Below are positions 11,914-42,064 of a DNA stretch of 64,000 bases, one piece after another. The position numbers and the translations under genes are program-made. Position 1 is the first letter of the stretch; every line of letters begins with the position of its first letter. Source of the DNA: Amoebidium appalachense (taxonomy: Eukaryota > Protista > Ichthyosporea); the NCBI GenBank assembly GCA_963693365.1, contig CAVNZM010000001.1, positions 4,728,907 to 4,792,906 of the forward strand. The letters are read 5' to 3'. The notes beneath the pieces were generated by a model. It ran no database searches and was not told the origin of the DNA. It was given only the letters and a program-made list of their open reading frames with translations.

Positions 11914-12807
11914 ATTGCATATAACCTACAGCCCAAGGCGGAGACGCGACACTATGCACATAAGCACACACCTAGTGCACGCACATACTGTGTTTCAGGG
12001 TGGCGCTGGAAATAGGGATCCAAGGTTAGCCACCTACATGGTTGTGGTGTGTCACTCGTGCTCAGGCGTCTTTGATAGCACACAACTTTTTTTCTGGACA
12101 CATACACACCCAGCCACTCTCCTGCCCTCGCACGACGGTTGACCCAGGCACACGAACCTGTTTTAACCGCACCCGTGTGCCCCTTCTGCCAGTACATGCA
12201 CACAAACTTTGAAGTGGGCGCTCGCACATACACACACATCCCTGACCCCCCCCCCCCCCTTCCCTTCTCCTTCCCCCCTCCCCTCCCCCCCCCCAGCTTT
12301 TCAACCTCGCGCCTGCACATAGGCACACAAACATCCCCCCCCCCCCTTTTTTTCGCCCGCCCCTTTCGAGCACCCCCCGCCCCCACAACACACATACACA
12401 TACACAAAGAATTTTCTACCTCATGCAGAGGGACGTCAATCCTATGTAAGCCTGTGAGAGACCAATGCACTGCACGTGTACACTCTACCTCGTGGAAGCA
12501 TAGCTGGTGACTTTTCTGTGTGTGGTTCTTGTAGGATTTTACTCGCACTCAGGTGCCTGCTAACCAAACAAGCTACCCGTTGACCCCCCCCCCCCCCCTC
12601 CCCCCCCCCTCCGTCCCCCCCCCCCCTCCCCCCGGTGCCCCATTTTTTCTGGGGCTCTTTCCTTTTCCCGTTTCCCCATGCAACTTCCGTTGCACAAACG
12701 CTTGCTAGCCCAACAAAGCCTCACTTCTCCTGGCAACATAACAGCTGTATATCCTGTTGACCCTAGGCTGTTGCTGGTGTGTGCAGGTTAGGCAGAGGTT
12801 GGGGAAA

Positions 12808-29361
<16,554 letters not shown>

Positions 29362-29832
29362 CCCAGCCTGCATGTGGCAGTGGTTTCTTTCTTTTTTTTT
29401 CTTTTCATCCGTTGTCGTTGCTGTATTCGTTTCGATTCCTGATTCCTTGTGGCCAGGGTGTGAAGAGGGGAGAGGGGGGGGGGGGGGTACTATGTTCGGT
29501 CTGGGCTTGTGGATTCTGCAAACAAAGAATCTAGCCTGTTTGCTGTATAGGACATGGAGGGCAAGAGGTTGGTTTAGTTCAATAGTAGTGATAGTTCGAT
29601 CACAGTTCGAATATATGCTGATCAGATGATATGACGGTTTTCTCTCGCCACTCTCCTGAATAGTGTTTTGTTTTGCGGCCTTGGATTACATTATTCCTGA
29701 AAGTTTCTTGTTTCCGGGATGCACTTGTTTGTTAAAGTAGAGCTGTTTAGTTAGCGTTGCATTCCTTGTATGGAGTAGCTGAGGGTAGGAATGTATGGAG
29801 TGTAAGAGTGTTTTTCCCTAGAAACACATAAT

Positions 29833-29912
29833 GAATACAAGTGAGAAATTCAATGTACCGCTACTTACATGCGGAATACAAGTGAGAAATTCAATGTACC
29901 GCTACTTACATG
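29833..29912 (+). repeat. ~41 bp tandem duplication
   Basis: GAATACAAGTGAGAAATTCAATGTACCGCTACTTACATGC occurs twice. Confidence 0.9.
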
Positions 29913-30367
29913 CGTTTCCACAAAGTACAAAATGCATCCGTGTCACCAGAAGACTACACACATGATAAGTTGTGCATGTGCTGCTGGATCGCGGTCGAAT
30001 ATATTTGACTCTATGTTGCAAGGGCATATGATGGTTTTACCAGGTCTGCCACGGAAATCCGATATTGGATTTCCAATAACCGTAGACTAAGTAGCAATTG
30101 CAAGGGTTGCCAAACGCGGCTTGATTTTGCCACACTGGTTTTGCCACTTAGTGGTGGATATAGCTGGCCTGGATATCTTACAGTACGAGCTCGGTGGGTG
30201 GATGAGCGTGTGGGTATTTTTTGTGGGTGGGTGGGTGGTGGTGATCACGGTGGTGTCTGGGTGGGTGGGTGCATGGTTGGGTGCGTGTGGGTGTGGGTGT
30301 GGGTGCGTGACACTGTGTGTGTACGTCATGTGTGCACATATGTGTGTGTGCGTGTGTGTGTGTGTAC

Positions 30368-30413
<46 letters not shown>

Positions 30414-31327
30414 TGGCCTGTTACATGAAGGGCGGCGAGAGAAGATATCCCAGGACTGTCACGTGATAATGGTGGTATTTACTAATAGTAGTGCTGGCCC
30501 AGGCATATATGCATACGGCCCGTACTACTGGATTCATAAAGCAGTGAGCATGCAAGTACACGTGTATTACTTCTAATAGAGACAGGGGTGCACGTGTGCA
30601 CATGTACATGCGTGTGGTTGATGAAGCAGTGGGTGAGATACAAAGCGAACCTGATGGCTCAGAACCAAACATATATGCCGGTCCATTGACTAGACTGCAT
30701 TTTTATATGTAGTGCATATATAATGTCCGGATGTGAACTTTTTTTTTTTTTTTTTTTTTTTTTGAACTTTTTTTTTTTTTTTTGGTGAACTTCGCACTCA
30801 GTGAATCGGTCGCAATAAATAGAATAAGGGCTTGGTTTTATCTGATTGGCTTAGGACATTTTCACGAATCCAACCATCCAATGAGAACTTTTTAAATTTG
30901 CTTAATTCACCTACAAATAGTGTTACAATAGTGTTACCCTCTTGGGTCTCCCCAAACCTGTCATATTACAATCTGAATGAGTCGGATTTTTTTTTATAAT
31001 GACTTTAAATTTATTGATATGCTCAGCAAAATAGAAGCCGACTGAGTCCCCTCAGGAGGGCCATGCGTGCCCATATGCACGTATGCATGCCAAGAAAGCA
31101 TAAATTTTCCGTTACAGAATTATCTTTTAGTAATGCACAAGGGTATGTAGAAATGTTAAATGTACACAGGTCTTCCCTCGACTCGTCGGAGGCGTGAGCA
31201 AAGCCACTGGCATGTACACAAATAAAAAAAAAAAATTCTTTTGACTGGATTTATTCGACGGAAAGATATGCAAGTATGCACGGCATACTGATCATGAGAA
31301 GACAATATATATAAAAACTTCACTGAA

Positions 31328-32598
31328 TCACGAGTTATCCAGTAACAAGTGCACACTGAGATACCTGAACACTGTGTGAAAATCATATAAATACTCAATG
31401 TGACGACCAATTGCAACAGAATTCAACAAAAAGTCTAAAGTGGTCACATTGCCAGCCAGTGTAGCAGACACCCGTAGGGAACGCCACTGCACAACTTCCC
31501 AGGCAATATCAACATCAGAGCACCATACAGACTTATCTACTAGGGTGGTATCCAAACGTACAGCTGGAGAATGTATCCTGCCAAAGCTCCGGATCCCAAA
31601 AAGCGATAATGATCAGTCGTGACGGTGTTGCCTAAGGAACATCACACATGCGCATGCCGACTGAGTTTTACCTTTGATTTCTCTATCAGAACGAGAAAGA
31701 AACTTATACTGCGTATGTTGATAACGCGAAAAGGCAGAAAAAACAGGAAGAGAAAAGAAAGAGGGAGTGAGATAGCGAGAGGAAGAATCAGGTTGAAAGA
31801 GGGTAGGCTGAGGACATTCAGAAGTACTAGTAGCGTTGGTGAATCGGGGGGGAAGAGGGATGGAGGGAGGGGGGGGGGGAAGAAATTAAAGCATAAAGAG
31901 GGTGACCATCAGGTATCCTAACTAAATGAAAACAAAAACGAAGAGACAATTCCTCCATACGACAAACAGCAGACGACAATCCAAACATACTGATTACTGG
32001 AGGCACAAACCGAGTACGAAACAAAGTGCGCAGCGCAGTACCCTGAAAATCGTCGAACTCTTTCAGCGCCACGGCCGCCTCGCGAGGTGGGGCTCAGGCC
32101 AATAGCGGAAGTCCATATTCGAAAGTCGGCCGTAAAAAAGTTTTATAGTAGAGAAGAAGGTTCGCAGGATGGATCACAGACTCCCGTTGAAACATATTTG
32201 ACACGATGTGAAGCTTACCCTTCGCACGAGCGATCCGTGCCATGAGGAGCTTGCGGAAATCAATACCCCGTGCAGTAAAAGGAATACCCAAATAGTTGGA
32301 CAAAGTCATAGGTGCTCTGAACAGGAATAGGAAGACCGGCCAATCGAAAGGAAGCGTTTTTCGAAAAAGTAGCACACTTTGCAATTCCGACTGTCATGAG
32401 ATTCTCGGTGCACCATTGATCCACCTGACGAAGCATCTGGTGCATGACATCTTCGGTTAAGGAACAAAGAACAATATCGTCCGCAAAAAGGAGACCCGGT
32501 ACACGGCGGGTATGCAGTTGGCCAAAGGGTTCGAGGGCGCAGACTAAATCGTCAATGAAAACGTCAAACAACAACGGACTCAGGAGGGACCCCTGCAG
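31328..32598 (-). mobile_element. 5'-truncated, frameshifted non-LTR retrotransposon ORF2 (reverse transcriptase plus C-terminus)
   Basis: QGSLLSPLLFDVFIDDL, GLLFADDIVL, YLGIPF and YKTFLRPTFEYGL in successive frames. C-terminal WEVVQWR..TTLDFLLN resembles TILDHLIN at ~50530. Confidence 0.9.
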
Positions 32599-32830
32599 AA
32601 AATGACTCGCAATGGAGTGTTGGGAGATTATTTTTTTACACCAATCAGATTTTTGCAATTATTTGATTAGTGGACGGCAATGACGAACATTTATAAAAGC
32701 AGAATATCACATCGCTGTTTCGGTACTTTCGCTCTCACATTCGTTCAACACCACATCCTACGTATACGTACGTACATCCAAGCTCAGATCCACACGCATA
32801 AAACAAAAACAACTCAACCAGGCTTTAACC

Positions 32831-33685
32831 ATGTGCTGGTCTCTAGAAGTTTCGCTGGCCGCTGGCACGATGGTCTATACCATCGTCCCACTCCTGTGGC
32901 GGCGCAACAAAACACCCCGCGATAGATGGAACGCAGTGTTCCTTGCAGTGTTCGGCACCATGCAATGGGTAGACGCATCACTCTGGCTGCTCTCCAAGCA
33001 CGAGAACATGTATACGTGCTCAGCAACCAACAAATGGCTCAGTCGCTGGGGCCTAACAATCATTGCCCTCGAACCTATGGGCGCTCTAGCCGGACGGGCG
33101 CTCGCCGAACGCCGCATGCCGTCATGGCGTGAAATCTTCGTCTATGTGTTTACTTTTGCAATGCTCCCCGGTATCCCCAACAAGGTTTTCGGTTTGATGG
33201 GCTCCATGTGCGACTCTCCTGCTTGCACAATAATCACCCCGGCGGGCCACCTCATGATTACGGCGGGGCACGGCAGCAACGGCAACCACGCGTGCTGGAT
33301 GAAGCACCACTTCTTTGGGGAGGCACAGACAGAAATCCCCCTGGCCCTGCGTGTGTTTTTCCTCCTGGGTATGGTCTATCCCTACCTGACTGCCCCGCGC
33401 CACCTGGTGCCTGGCATGGTGCACTCTGCTGTGCTTGCCACGACGTGGACAGTGGGACTTCTGTCCGACAGCCATGCGTCCATATGGTGCCTGGCCAATG
33501 TGGCCCACTCACTGGTTATGCTGGCTGACCCCTACATCTTTGCACACACAGCCAGCAAGGACCAAGCAGTGGCACGCAGGCCACGTGCTCTTAGCCGCAC
33601 AGTTTACCAAAATGGCTTGGCGGCTGTCTCGAAGATTGATGCTGTTGCAGTGTATGCTTCTTTGGCAAAGGAGCATGCTGCATGA
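32831..33685 (+). CDS. Intronless multi-pass membrane protein, DUF5765-like (284 aa)
   Basis: Long non-repetitive ORF with several hydrophobic helices. Motif pattern MCWSxExS / MQxxD..W....C..xN / EP / ASIWC recalled from the DUF5765 family. Confidence 0.8.
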   Translation: MCWSLEVSLAAGTMVYTIVPLLWRRNKTPRDRWNAVFLAVFGTMQWVDASLWLLSKHENMYTCSATNKWLSRWGLTIIALEPMGALAGRALAERRMPSWREIFVYVFTFAMLPGIPNKVFGLMGSMCDSPACTIITPAGHLMITAGHGSNGNHACWMKHHFFGEAQTEIPLALRVFFLLGMVYPYLTAPRHLVPGMVHSAVLATTWTVGLLSDSHASIWCLANVAHSLVMLADPYIFAHTASKDQAVARRPRALSRTVYQNGLAAVSKIDAVAVYASLAKEHAA

Positions 33686-34620
33686 GCGAGTGAAGAGTGC
33701 TCAAGATATTATTTCTCGTTGCTTGCTCATAACTGTGGCGTTGCTGAAGTGATCACACTAATTAGCATGAATGAATATAATTAAGTTTTACTGATGTGAA
33801 TGAATGTGGGTATTACTAGTGTTCGGGAAGTGCTTGTTAGAATATCTCAAACTTGTGAGCGCAAGTTGGCCGGGCACACCGATTGTATCGGTGTACAATC
33901 GGTGTGTCTCACTTATTTACAGTGGCTTGCAATTTTAAAAGTAGCTGGCTACTTGGTGTTTATTTTTTCACCACAAGAAAAAAATAAACACCATGAAAAC
34001 TTCGATTTGTCTGTAAATGCACCCTGCCGTGTCTAGGACCAGTCACCCCACGGATTCCACTACCACAGATGAACCAATGAGAGCCCGTGTTTAAAGTTTA
34101 CTAAAAACCTACGAATAATGTGGCTACCCACCGGCCAGGCTGCGGTGAAAGCCATGGGCTAAGTGTGTACGAATAGTTTGCTTTGGTAAAGGTGTGTTGG
34201 CTTTGCTGATGACAACGTAGCAACCTAGCTAGAGTATAGTCGGTGCTGGGTGGAAGGCGGTAGACTAGTTAGTGAGGGTTCCTCCGGGAACAAAATGGGA
34301 TATGATATGTATATATATAAAAAATCAAGGGAAAAACCCTCTTGGGCCAGACCCCTAGTATGCCCACGATTATTGAGCCGCCCCGGCACTCCGAAAGTCT
34401 TGTGAAGAATAGAGAAGATATGGAGAATGGAACAGTGGGATTTTCCATGTGGGCGTCTGTGCTTTTCCGTGCTTGCTGCGTGTGGAAGATCGGAGAAGCG
34501 GAAGGAGCGACCTGAGGAAAAGAGGGAGGAGGGAGGGGAAGGGGGGGGGGGGGGGGGGGGGGGGGGTCAGTAATATGGTGTGAAGTAGGTATCCCCGTGT
34601 ACATGATGGCCACTGTGTTG

Positions 34621-34663
<43 letters not shown>

Positions 34664-35400
34664 CGCGTGCGCGTGCGCGCGCGTGTGTGTGTCTCTGTGC
34701 GTGCGGGCGTATGGGTGTGTATGTGTGTGTGTGTGTGTGTGTGTGTTTGTGTGTGTGTCTCTGTGCGTGCGGACGAATAATGTGTGTATGATTGTGTATG
34801 CTTTTCGTGTGTGTGTGTGTCCATGCGTACCGTAGGTTGAGTGTTCGTTGGGCTGTAGTGTGTGGGCACACCTACCGTGACAGGGGTGTGTGTGCACTCA
34901 GTGTCCGCTATGCCATGGCACAGCATGAACGAGTGTATGATAAGGGATGTTTGAATGTTCAAGGGGTGGGGGGGGGGGGGGGGGGGGAAGGAGGGGGGGA
35001 GGGGGGGGGGGGCAGTGGACAACATTTAACTCATCTTTTGTGATCCCCCTTTCAACGGTGGGGGGGAGGGGAGAGGGACGAATTACGCACTTGCTCATGC
35101 TTGGGGGCCCCGAGTGGAGTGGTGGGTCCCCCCTTCTCCCCCCCCCCTCCTCCCCTCCCCCCCTCCCCGACCCCTCCTTCATCCCTAAATAACCGTAGGG
35201 CCGTGCCCTCCCCCTCCTCCCCCCCCCACCCCCCTTCCCCGGGGGAGGGAGGGAGGGGGGGGGGGGAGGAGGAAAGTCCTCTCAAGCACCTCTACCATGC
35301 TTCCTGCCAGTGGGGAAACCCACACCTACCAACTGCTTGCTTTCGTTCCAATCAACACCTATTTACGTCATGGTGGCACCGTTGTTGTGTTCAGTGCCTG

Positions 35401-35452
<52 letters not shown>

Positions 35453-36004
35453 CGCGCGCGAGTGTGTGTACGTGTGCGCACTGTGCGTGTGTGTGTGTTT
35501 GTATGTGTGCGTGCGTGCGCGCGTGTGCAGGCGATCTTGCGCGCGCTTCATGGTGTGTGTGGTATGTGTACGTGTGTGTGTGTGTGTGTGTCCGTGTGTG
35601 CCTAAGGTTGAGAGTGTTACTGCCCCTTCGGGTGTGGGAGGCTAGCGTTACAGGGATGTGTGTGCACTCAGTGTGTCTGACTCAGTGCATGCGATGCAAT
35701 GGCACAGATCCGATCCATTAATGGGTGCATAGCAAAGAATCCTTGAATATGGAAGAAAAGGGGAAGGGGGGGAGGGGGGGGGGGGGGTCACTGTCTCCCC
35801 CCTCCCCCCCCCCCCCCCCTCCCTCTCTACCATCCCGTTCTCCCTTATACAGCCGTAGGGTCCCCCCCCCCTACCCCCCTACCCCACCCCATCCCCCCTC
35901 GCCGCCAGCCACACACCTCTGCCTCCCTTTCCGGGGAGTGCTTACTTTCGCTCCGATCAGCACCTATTTACATCATTAGGGCACCGTTGTCGTGGTCAGT
36001 GTCT

Positions 36005-36192
<188 letters not shown>

Positions 36193-36832
36193 ATGCGTGC
36201 GTGCGTGTGCGTGTGCGTGTGTGTATGTGTTGCTGCCAGTGGATATGCAACCTGTGTGCGGCTGAGAGAGAAAGCGTGGGGAGAGTGGGGGAACGATGGA
36301 GAGATGGGGGGACGATGAAACGGGATGGACGTGTACTGAGTGACTGTAAGAGAAAATATGTGCATGTTCTTGTGTGTACGTGTGGATACCTGGATGTTTT
36401 GCATGTACATATACTCAATCAGTCGAGGGGGGGGGGGGGGGGGGGAGGGGAGGGGGGGAGGGGAGGGGGGGGGGGGGGGGACAGGAAAAGAGGGAGAGGA
36501 GGGGATGGTGGGGCCGGGGGGGAGGGGGGGGGAGTGGGGGGGGGAGGGGAGGGAGGGGTGCCCAAAGTCTTGGTGTCGGCTGTCGGACCGTTTGTGTTCT
36601 TGTGCGGTGGTGTGTGTGTGCGTGGCTCATTTTATATGTGGTGAGTGTGCAAGTAAGGGGCCTTGGCCATATTGTGCCAGGCATAGCATGCATGTGCTGT
36701 CTTTGTGTAGATGGATGGGCGAGTTTATTGTGGGGCCTTTAAGTAAAAGAGTGCAGTGTGCATGTGGGCACACATGTGTACGTATGAGTCTCACTCTCTT
36801 CTCTCTGGGTGTGTGTGTCTCCTTCATGATGT

Positions 36833-36912
<80 letters not shown>

Positions 36913-36921
36913 TCGGTATCT

Positions 36922-37034
<113 letters not shown>

Positions 37035-37362
37035 GTGTGTGGTCGACTCGTATGTGTGTGATGTTCTGCAATGATGTGCCTGCTTGTGCGCCTTTGTCTC
37101 TGGGGGGTGCGCCTGTGTGCTTTTTGTTGGTGAGTACGGTGCTTATTTGTGCCTAAATGTGACGCCGTGTCTAGGCATGTGCTAAGCGCCGAGTCACTTT
37201 TGTGCTACTCGTATGTGCCTGTGTCGTAAGAAACCACCGGTAAAGCCCACCCCTGCTGCGAGTCCATGAACTATTTGCTGTTACATGACTCGCTAGTATA
37301 CGGTGATCACCATGGGGTCTCTGCCCTTCCCCCCCCCCCCTCCCCCCCCCCCTGACCATACC

Positions 37363-37398
<36 letters not shown>

Positions 37399-38266
37399 CC
37401 CCCGGGGAACACAACGAGAAAAAATTGAAAATAAATAAATAAAGAAAAAAAAGTGCGTGTCTCTTGACCGTTGATGCATACGTGGATGTGCGGGTGCCAC
37501 ATGTAATATGTCATTGACACGGTACATGGCGTTGTGTGCGTGCCTGGATGGATGTGTTGAGTGTGGGCGTACATACATGTGTGCGGGTATTTGCGCATGC
37601 ATGCAGCAGTATGTGTGGGTGTGTGTGTGTGCGTGCATGGAACCATATGTTTACCATGACGTGTGGGAGTACGTGTGGAAGTGTGAATCCCGAAAAGTTT
37701 CGTATTCAAATACAGAGACTGCGGGCGTTCCTCTTAGTTTCTGTCCATTTTTTGGACTCTCATGGGTATTTTAATGTTCGTATTTATTAATCAGATTCTC
37801 GCTGACTGAATCGTTTTGGCCAATTTCATTCTTAAGCTTACATTCTGTGTCCATTGCTTGAGTGCGTGCCAAAGTATTCGCTCGCATACAATTGCGAGTG
37901 CATGCCATGATAAGTGTATGGATGTTTAAAAAAAAGCCGGCTTCATCTTCTCAACTGGTTTTTACGTTAACGTGCTACACTGTCTGGATATTTCATGCGG
38001 CTTTTTTGTGCGCGTAGTGGTCATGGTGTTTTGTTTTGGCCAGCCCTTGTGCAGCGTCAGGAACAACTGTTGAGGATTTTTCCCTCCTACGAAGACCTTG
38101 CTGGTACATGTATCATTAAAGGAACTTGCTGCGGGCAATAAGAACACAATTCCTGTGGCCGTGCAAGCTATACAAAAGATTAAAAAGAAGTGACGATGCC
38201 TCGACTACATACAACTACTGTAGAGTCTAGAGCCCATGCTACGGTTTCTAAACTCTGACGCTGTGC

Positions 38267-40752
38267 TCAGTTTGTGGCGGCCATCTGCATGAGGATGGAG
38301 CACAGCCATGCGCCCCAGGTGCCGACAATGTAGCCGAGGATGGCAAAGAGGGCGCCCACGGGGGCCAGGGACGGGTGGAAGGCGCCGGCAACGACCGGGG
38401 CCGATGCGGCGCCGCCAATGGCCTGGCTGCCCACGGCCATGAAGAAGAGGGGGGCGTGCAGCAGGCGGCACATGAGCAGCATCAGCAGGCCGTGGAAACA
38501 GATCCAGATGAAGCCCAGCACAAAGATGCCCGGGTTGCCCACAATGGCCGTGATGTCCATGCCCATACCGATGGTCACCATGATGTAGTAGATGAACACG
38601 TTCAAATTGGCAATCTTCGACGCCCCCGCCCCGTCCAGGTCCCGCGCCGGCGTGAAGGACTGTAAAATTATATAAGTATTTGGGATGAAAGCAGAGACAC
38701 AGTGGTGCAGTGTGAAAACACCACAGACACACACAACAACAAAACACGGAACGATCGGAGCAGTGTACACAACAGACATCAATGTTTATACACGACTGAA
38801 CTGAATTTATTCTGATCTTCGAATAAATACCTGAAATTCCTCTAAGTCCAATCCATACATGATTTCCGACCAGTCGGAAATCAGATCTATCTCTAATGGA
38901 AACCAATCACTAAGAACCAATTGCTTTCTGAGAGATCCGGTACGCGGAGACGTACACGATAGGACACAGACACTAGTTAAGGTCAACTCGTGTCATCATC
39001 AAGGAAGTTCTAACCTATGACATACTGCAAAGACTCAGACATATCACACTTAACCTTGATGATTGGTTAAAGCCCGGCAACACATGAAAACTAAAGTAAA
39101 TTAATGAAGTCTAAACACACATGCTATTCTAAGTGTAGCCTAAGTGTGTTACCGTCCAATGAACACGTATTAAGTAACACAAATCTACCTAACATATATT
39201 AGTAGAAAAGAAATATGATTATACACATGAAGACAAAGAGAGAAAGAAAAGAAAATAAGGAAGGAGAAAGAGGAAGGAAAAGAGAGCACAGATCAACAAA
39301 CAAGATAGCAATGGCATAACTATAACCAGAGATATTTATGTACACACGAACATGTACACGTCTCTCCCTGAGTGGGTGGATCCGTGTACACACATATAAA
39401 TATTCTAATCGATATTACAACACACGATTAAAGCCGATACAAGACGATTACAAGTATACAAGCATATCGGAGATCGATGCTACACTTTACGTAATAGGAG
39501 TGTAGCTTTTACACTAAGCATATGAACTGAAACATAACCCAAACTGATAAGATCTTACCATATGTAAATACTACGTATTACAACAAGGACAGCAGCATGC
39601 CGCACATGGTGGCAATCATCACGCGCCACAAGATGGTCGAATCGAAGGCAATGCGCGAGATGAACTCGACTGCAGCGACCCAAAGGCCCTGGCAATGGTG
39701 CTGCCCAGGTAGTTTGCCACGCCGCAGATGCCCATGGCGATGCAAGCAATGCGGATCAGGTCGTAGTTGCTGGGGATGCGCGCATTCTCCTGCTCGTACG
39801 CGTCCATCTTGCGCAATCATGAGGTCGTCCACAGGCCGCGGGTCTGCGCGCAGCAGCTTGTTGACCTGCTTGTGCTTGCCGGTCAGCAGGAACAGCACGG
39901 CACACCACACGTTGGCGCAGAAGATGTCCACGGCAATGGCCTGCGACTTGGCCTCGTCAGTGCTGGGCTGGAAGATGTCGATCATGGCCGCTGCATTGGC
40001 CCCGTCGCCAATCCACTCTGCCGGCACTGTGTACGTCAGCCCGCGCCACGTGTCGTCCCCGGCCACCACGGACGGCCACACCAGGCTGAGCCGCATGAAG
40101 CCCCATACAGCGGGCCGCCAAAGATGACGCCAAACGACCCCACACAGAACATGATGATGGCCTTTTGCCCCAGCCCGGCAATGCCGCTGAGGTCGATGTT
40201 GATGCACAGCAGCCCGAGCGTGGCCGGCAGGATGTAGGTCGACACGATGGAGTACAGCCTGCTGGACGGCGCGTCAAATACGGCCGCAGACCCCAGCAGC
40301 CCGGGGATGAAGTAGCACAGGAACAGGTACGGAATGATGGCGTAGAACTTTTTCAGGATCCAGATGGGCGAGTTGGCGCTGGTGAACTTGAAGATGAAGG
40401 CCAGGGCAATGTACAGGATGCTCAGCACCACGGCATCGTCCTTGATCAGCGGGTTGCTCTTGCAGTCCACCTGGCCCTCCTTACACACGTACTTTCCCGT
40501 TAGCTGCGCAACCGTCGGCAGGATGATGAGCGTGGCCAGCGTGCCTGCCAGCGTGAGCTAGTGCCACCAGTCAGGCTGCTGCTGGCCGACAACCGTTGGC
40601 TTGGCATTTGGCGTGTCGTCTGCCGAATCATTTTACCCTGTGGACCCCACACTGATGTTGCTGGTGCTCTGAAGCTCGTTGGTGGTCTTTTTCTCGCTGT
40701 CCATCGCTGTGGTGTGCGCGACGCCGCGCTCAACCTGCGAAATGTCCGACAT
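38267..40752 (-). pseudogene. DUF819-family membrane protein pseudogene (bacterial-type, intronless)
   Basis: ATG at 40752. Motifs DDAVVL..FLCYFIP..YILPATL..GGP, WIGDGAN, VDIFCANVW and SQAIGGAASAPVVAGAFHPSLAPVG. Two in-frame stops (~40634, ~40559), at least three frame changes (~40110, ~39815, ~39690) and a 925 bp insertion. Confidence 0.88.
38661..39585. mobile_element. Solo LTR (925 bp) inserted in the DUF819 gene
   Basis: TGT...ACA ends, 5 bp TSD AGGAC (38656-38660, 39586-39590), AT-rich. Removal restores GMLLS-FTPARDL. Confidence 0.88.
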
Positions 40753-41166
40753 TGTGTTCAAGCGCTTGTGTAGGCTAGGGCCACTTTGCTGGAGCTGTTG
40801 TATATGTTCGACGTTACTGATGACTAAGCCTCACTCGATGGTCTTCTCAGGCTCCGGGATCCAAGCAAGCTTTTATATTTTTTCCGAAGTTGAGCCCGGT
40901 ACGTCTTCTTCTCCTATTGGCACGAATTTGCCAACATTATGTGATTGGTAGTTGAAAAGAGTTGTAGTTGTTGATTGGTGGGAAAGGCGGCCCGGGGCAC
41001 CGCCCACTGCCAATTTTCGTTTTTGGCCAACTTGACCAAATATAAACAATGCCGCGCGGAGTGCTGTTTTGGTGTGTTATTGTCTTTATATATCTTTGGT
41101 GTTTAATGTTTGCAAATGCTTTCTCGCCCCAGTTCATGTAATGCACGTAGCCTTTTTAATGTTCTC

Positions 41167-41882
41167 TGTCGTATCCTAATGTATGTGTACTAGAGACGCG
41201 GCACTCTACTAAGTGTACACACACGAAAAGGAACGAACGTGTACAGAAAAACGGTAAAGTTTATTCAGACCAGGCTCCGACGGGCAAACTTAGATCCGTA
41301 CGAAATGAGTCTAAGTTACGACTGAGGCCATCAAGGCCGTGCCCTACAAGATCATCATCACCTGGCCCCCTACGATGCCACATTCCATTAACATTCCGAT
41401 CTACTTTTATCGTGCGCCTGCACGAGCTAAGTCGATCTACTCAACTAATATATTTATCCAAGTCTCACCCCTCACCCTCCCCCTAGTGGCACCGCAGAGT
41501 CTAAATCTACATTTCATACTATCCTCCCCCCCCCTCCCTCCCCCCCTTTCCTCTACATCTACATATATAAATACGTTTGGCAACATATACTATCAAACCT
41601 TGCCAATCCTTACAAAAGGGCTTCTGCCCGAACAATCACATTCCTAAGTCCTCCTACGATCTATCCTACACACTAATTAGAATTCTATTGGACGGCTGTC
41701 CCGGCTGACGTGGTCCAATGCCCTGCGCCGGCAGAGGCAAGATGCACGCAGCTGTTCAGCTATCTTGAGGCCCCGGACTTGATCTTGATGATCTGTGGAC
41801 CCGGGCCACCCCCCCCCCCCCCCCCCCCCCGATCTCGATCGTAGACTTAGGCTAATCTGCTGAGACGGATTAGTATATGTCA
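41167..41882 (-). repeat. 3' LTR of the Gypsy element
   Basis: Direct repeat of 48809-49525, preceded on the minus strand by a G-rich PPT. Confidence 0.95.
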
Positions 41883-42064
41883 ACTCCCCCCCCGGCCCCC
41901 GGAAAAGCTGAGTCCCACCTCAGTCACATTACATCTAACACCCCCTAAAAAGACATAGACTAATCAGTCTCCTAAAAAAATTAAATTAAATGAATGACGA
42001 AGAAAAATAATAAATTAATCTACACCATAAGCTTGATACCTACGGAGACACCTATGATAATAAA

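Noticed and set aside
11200-12560. Extra coding exons upstream of the kinase
   Set aside because: No consistent frame; they may be 5' UTR exons, but this cannot be supported from sequence alone.
40555-40640. Stop-codon reassignment (in-frame TAA/TAG in DUF819)
   Set aside because: The same gene has frameshifts and an LTR insertion, and intact genes here terminate at TAG or TGA, so pseudogenisation explains it.
41339-41647. 102 aa ORF duplicated at 48981-49289
   Set aside because: It is an antisense ORF within the LTRs, duplicated only because the LTRs are.
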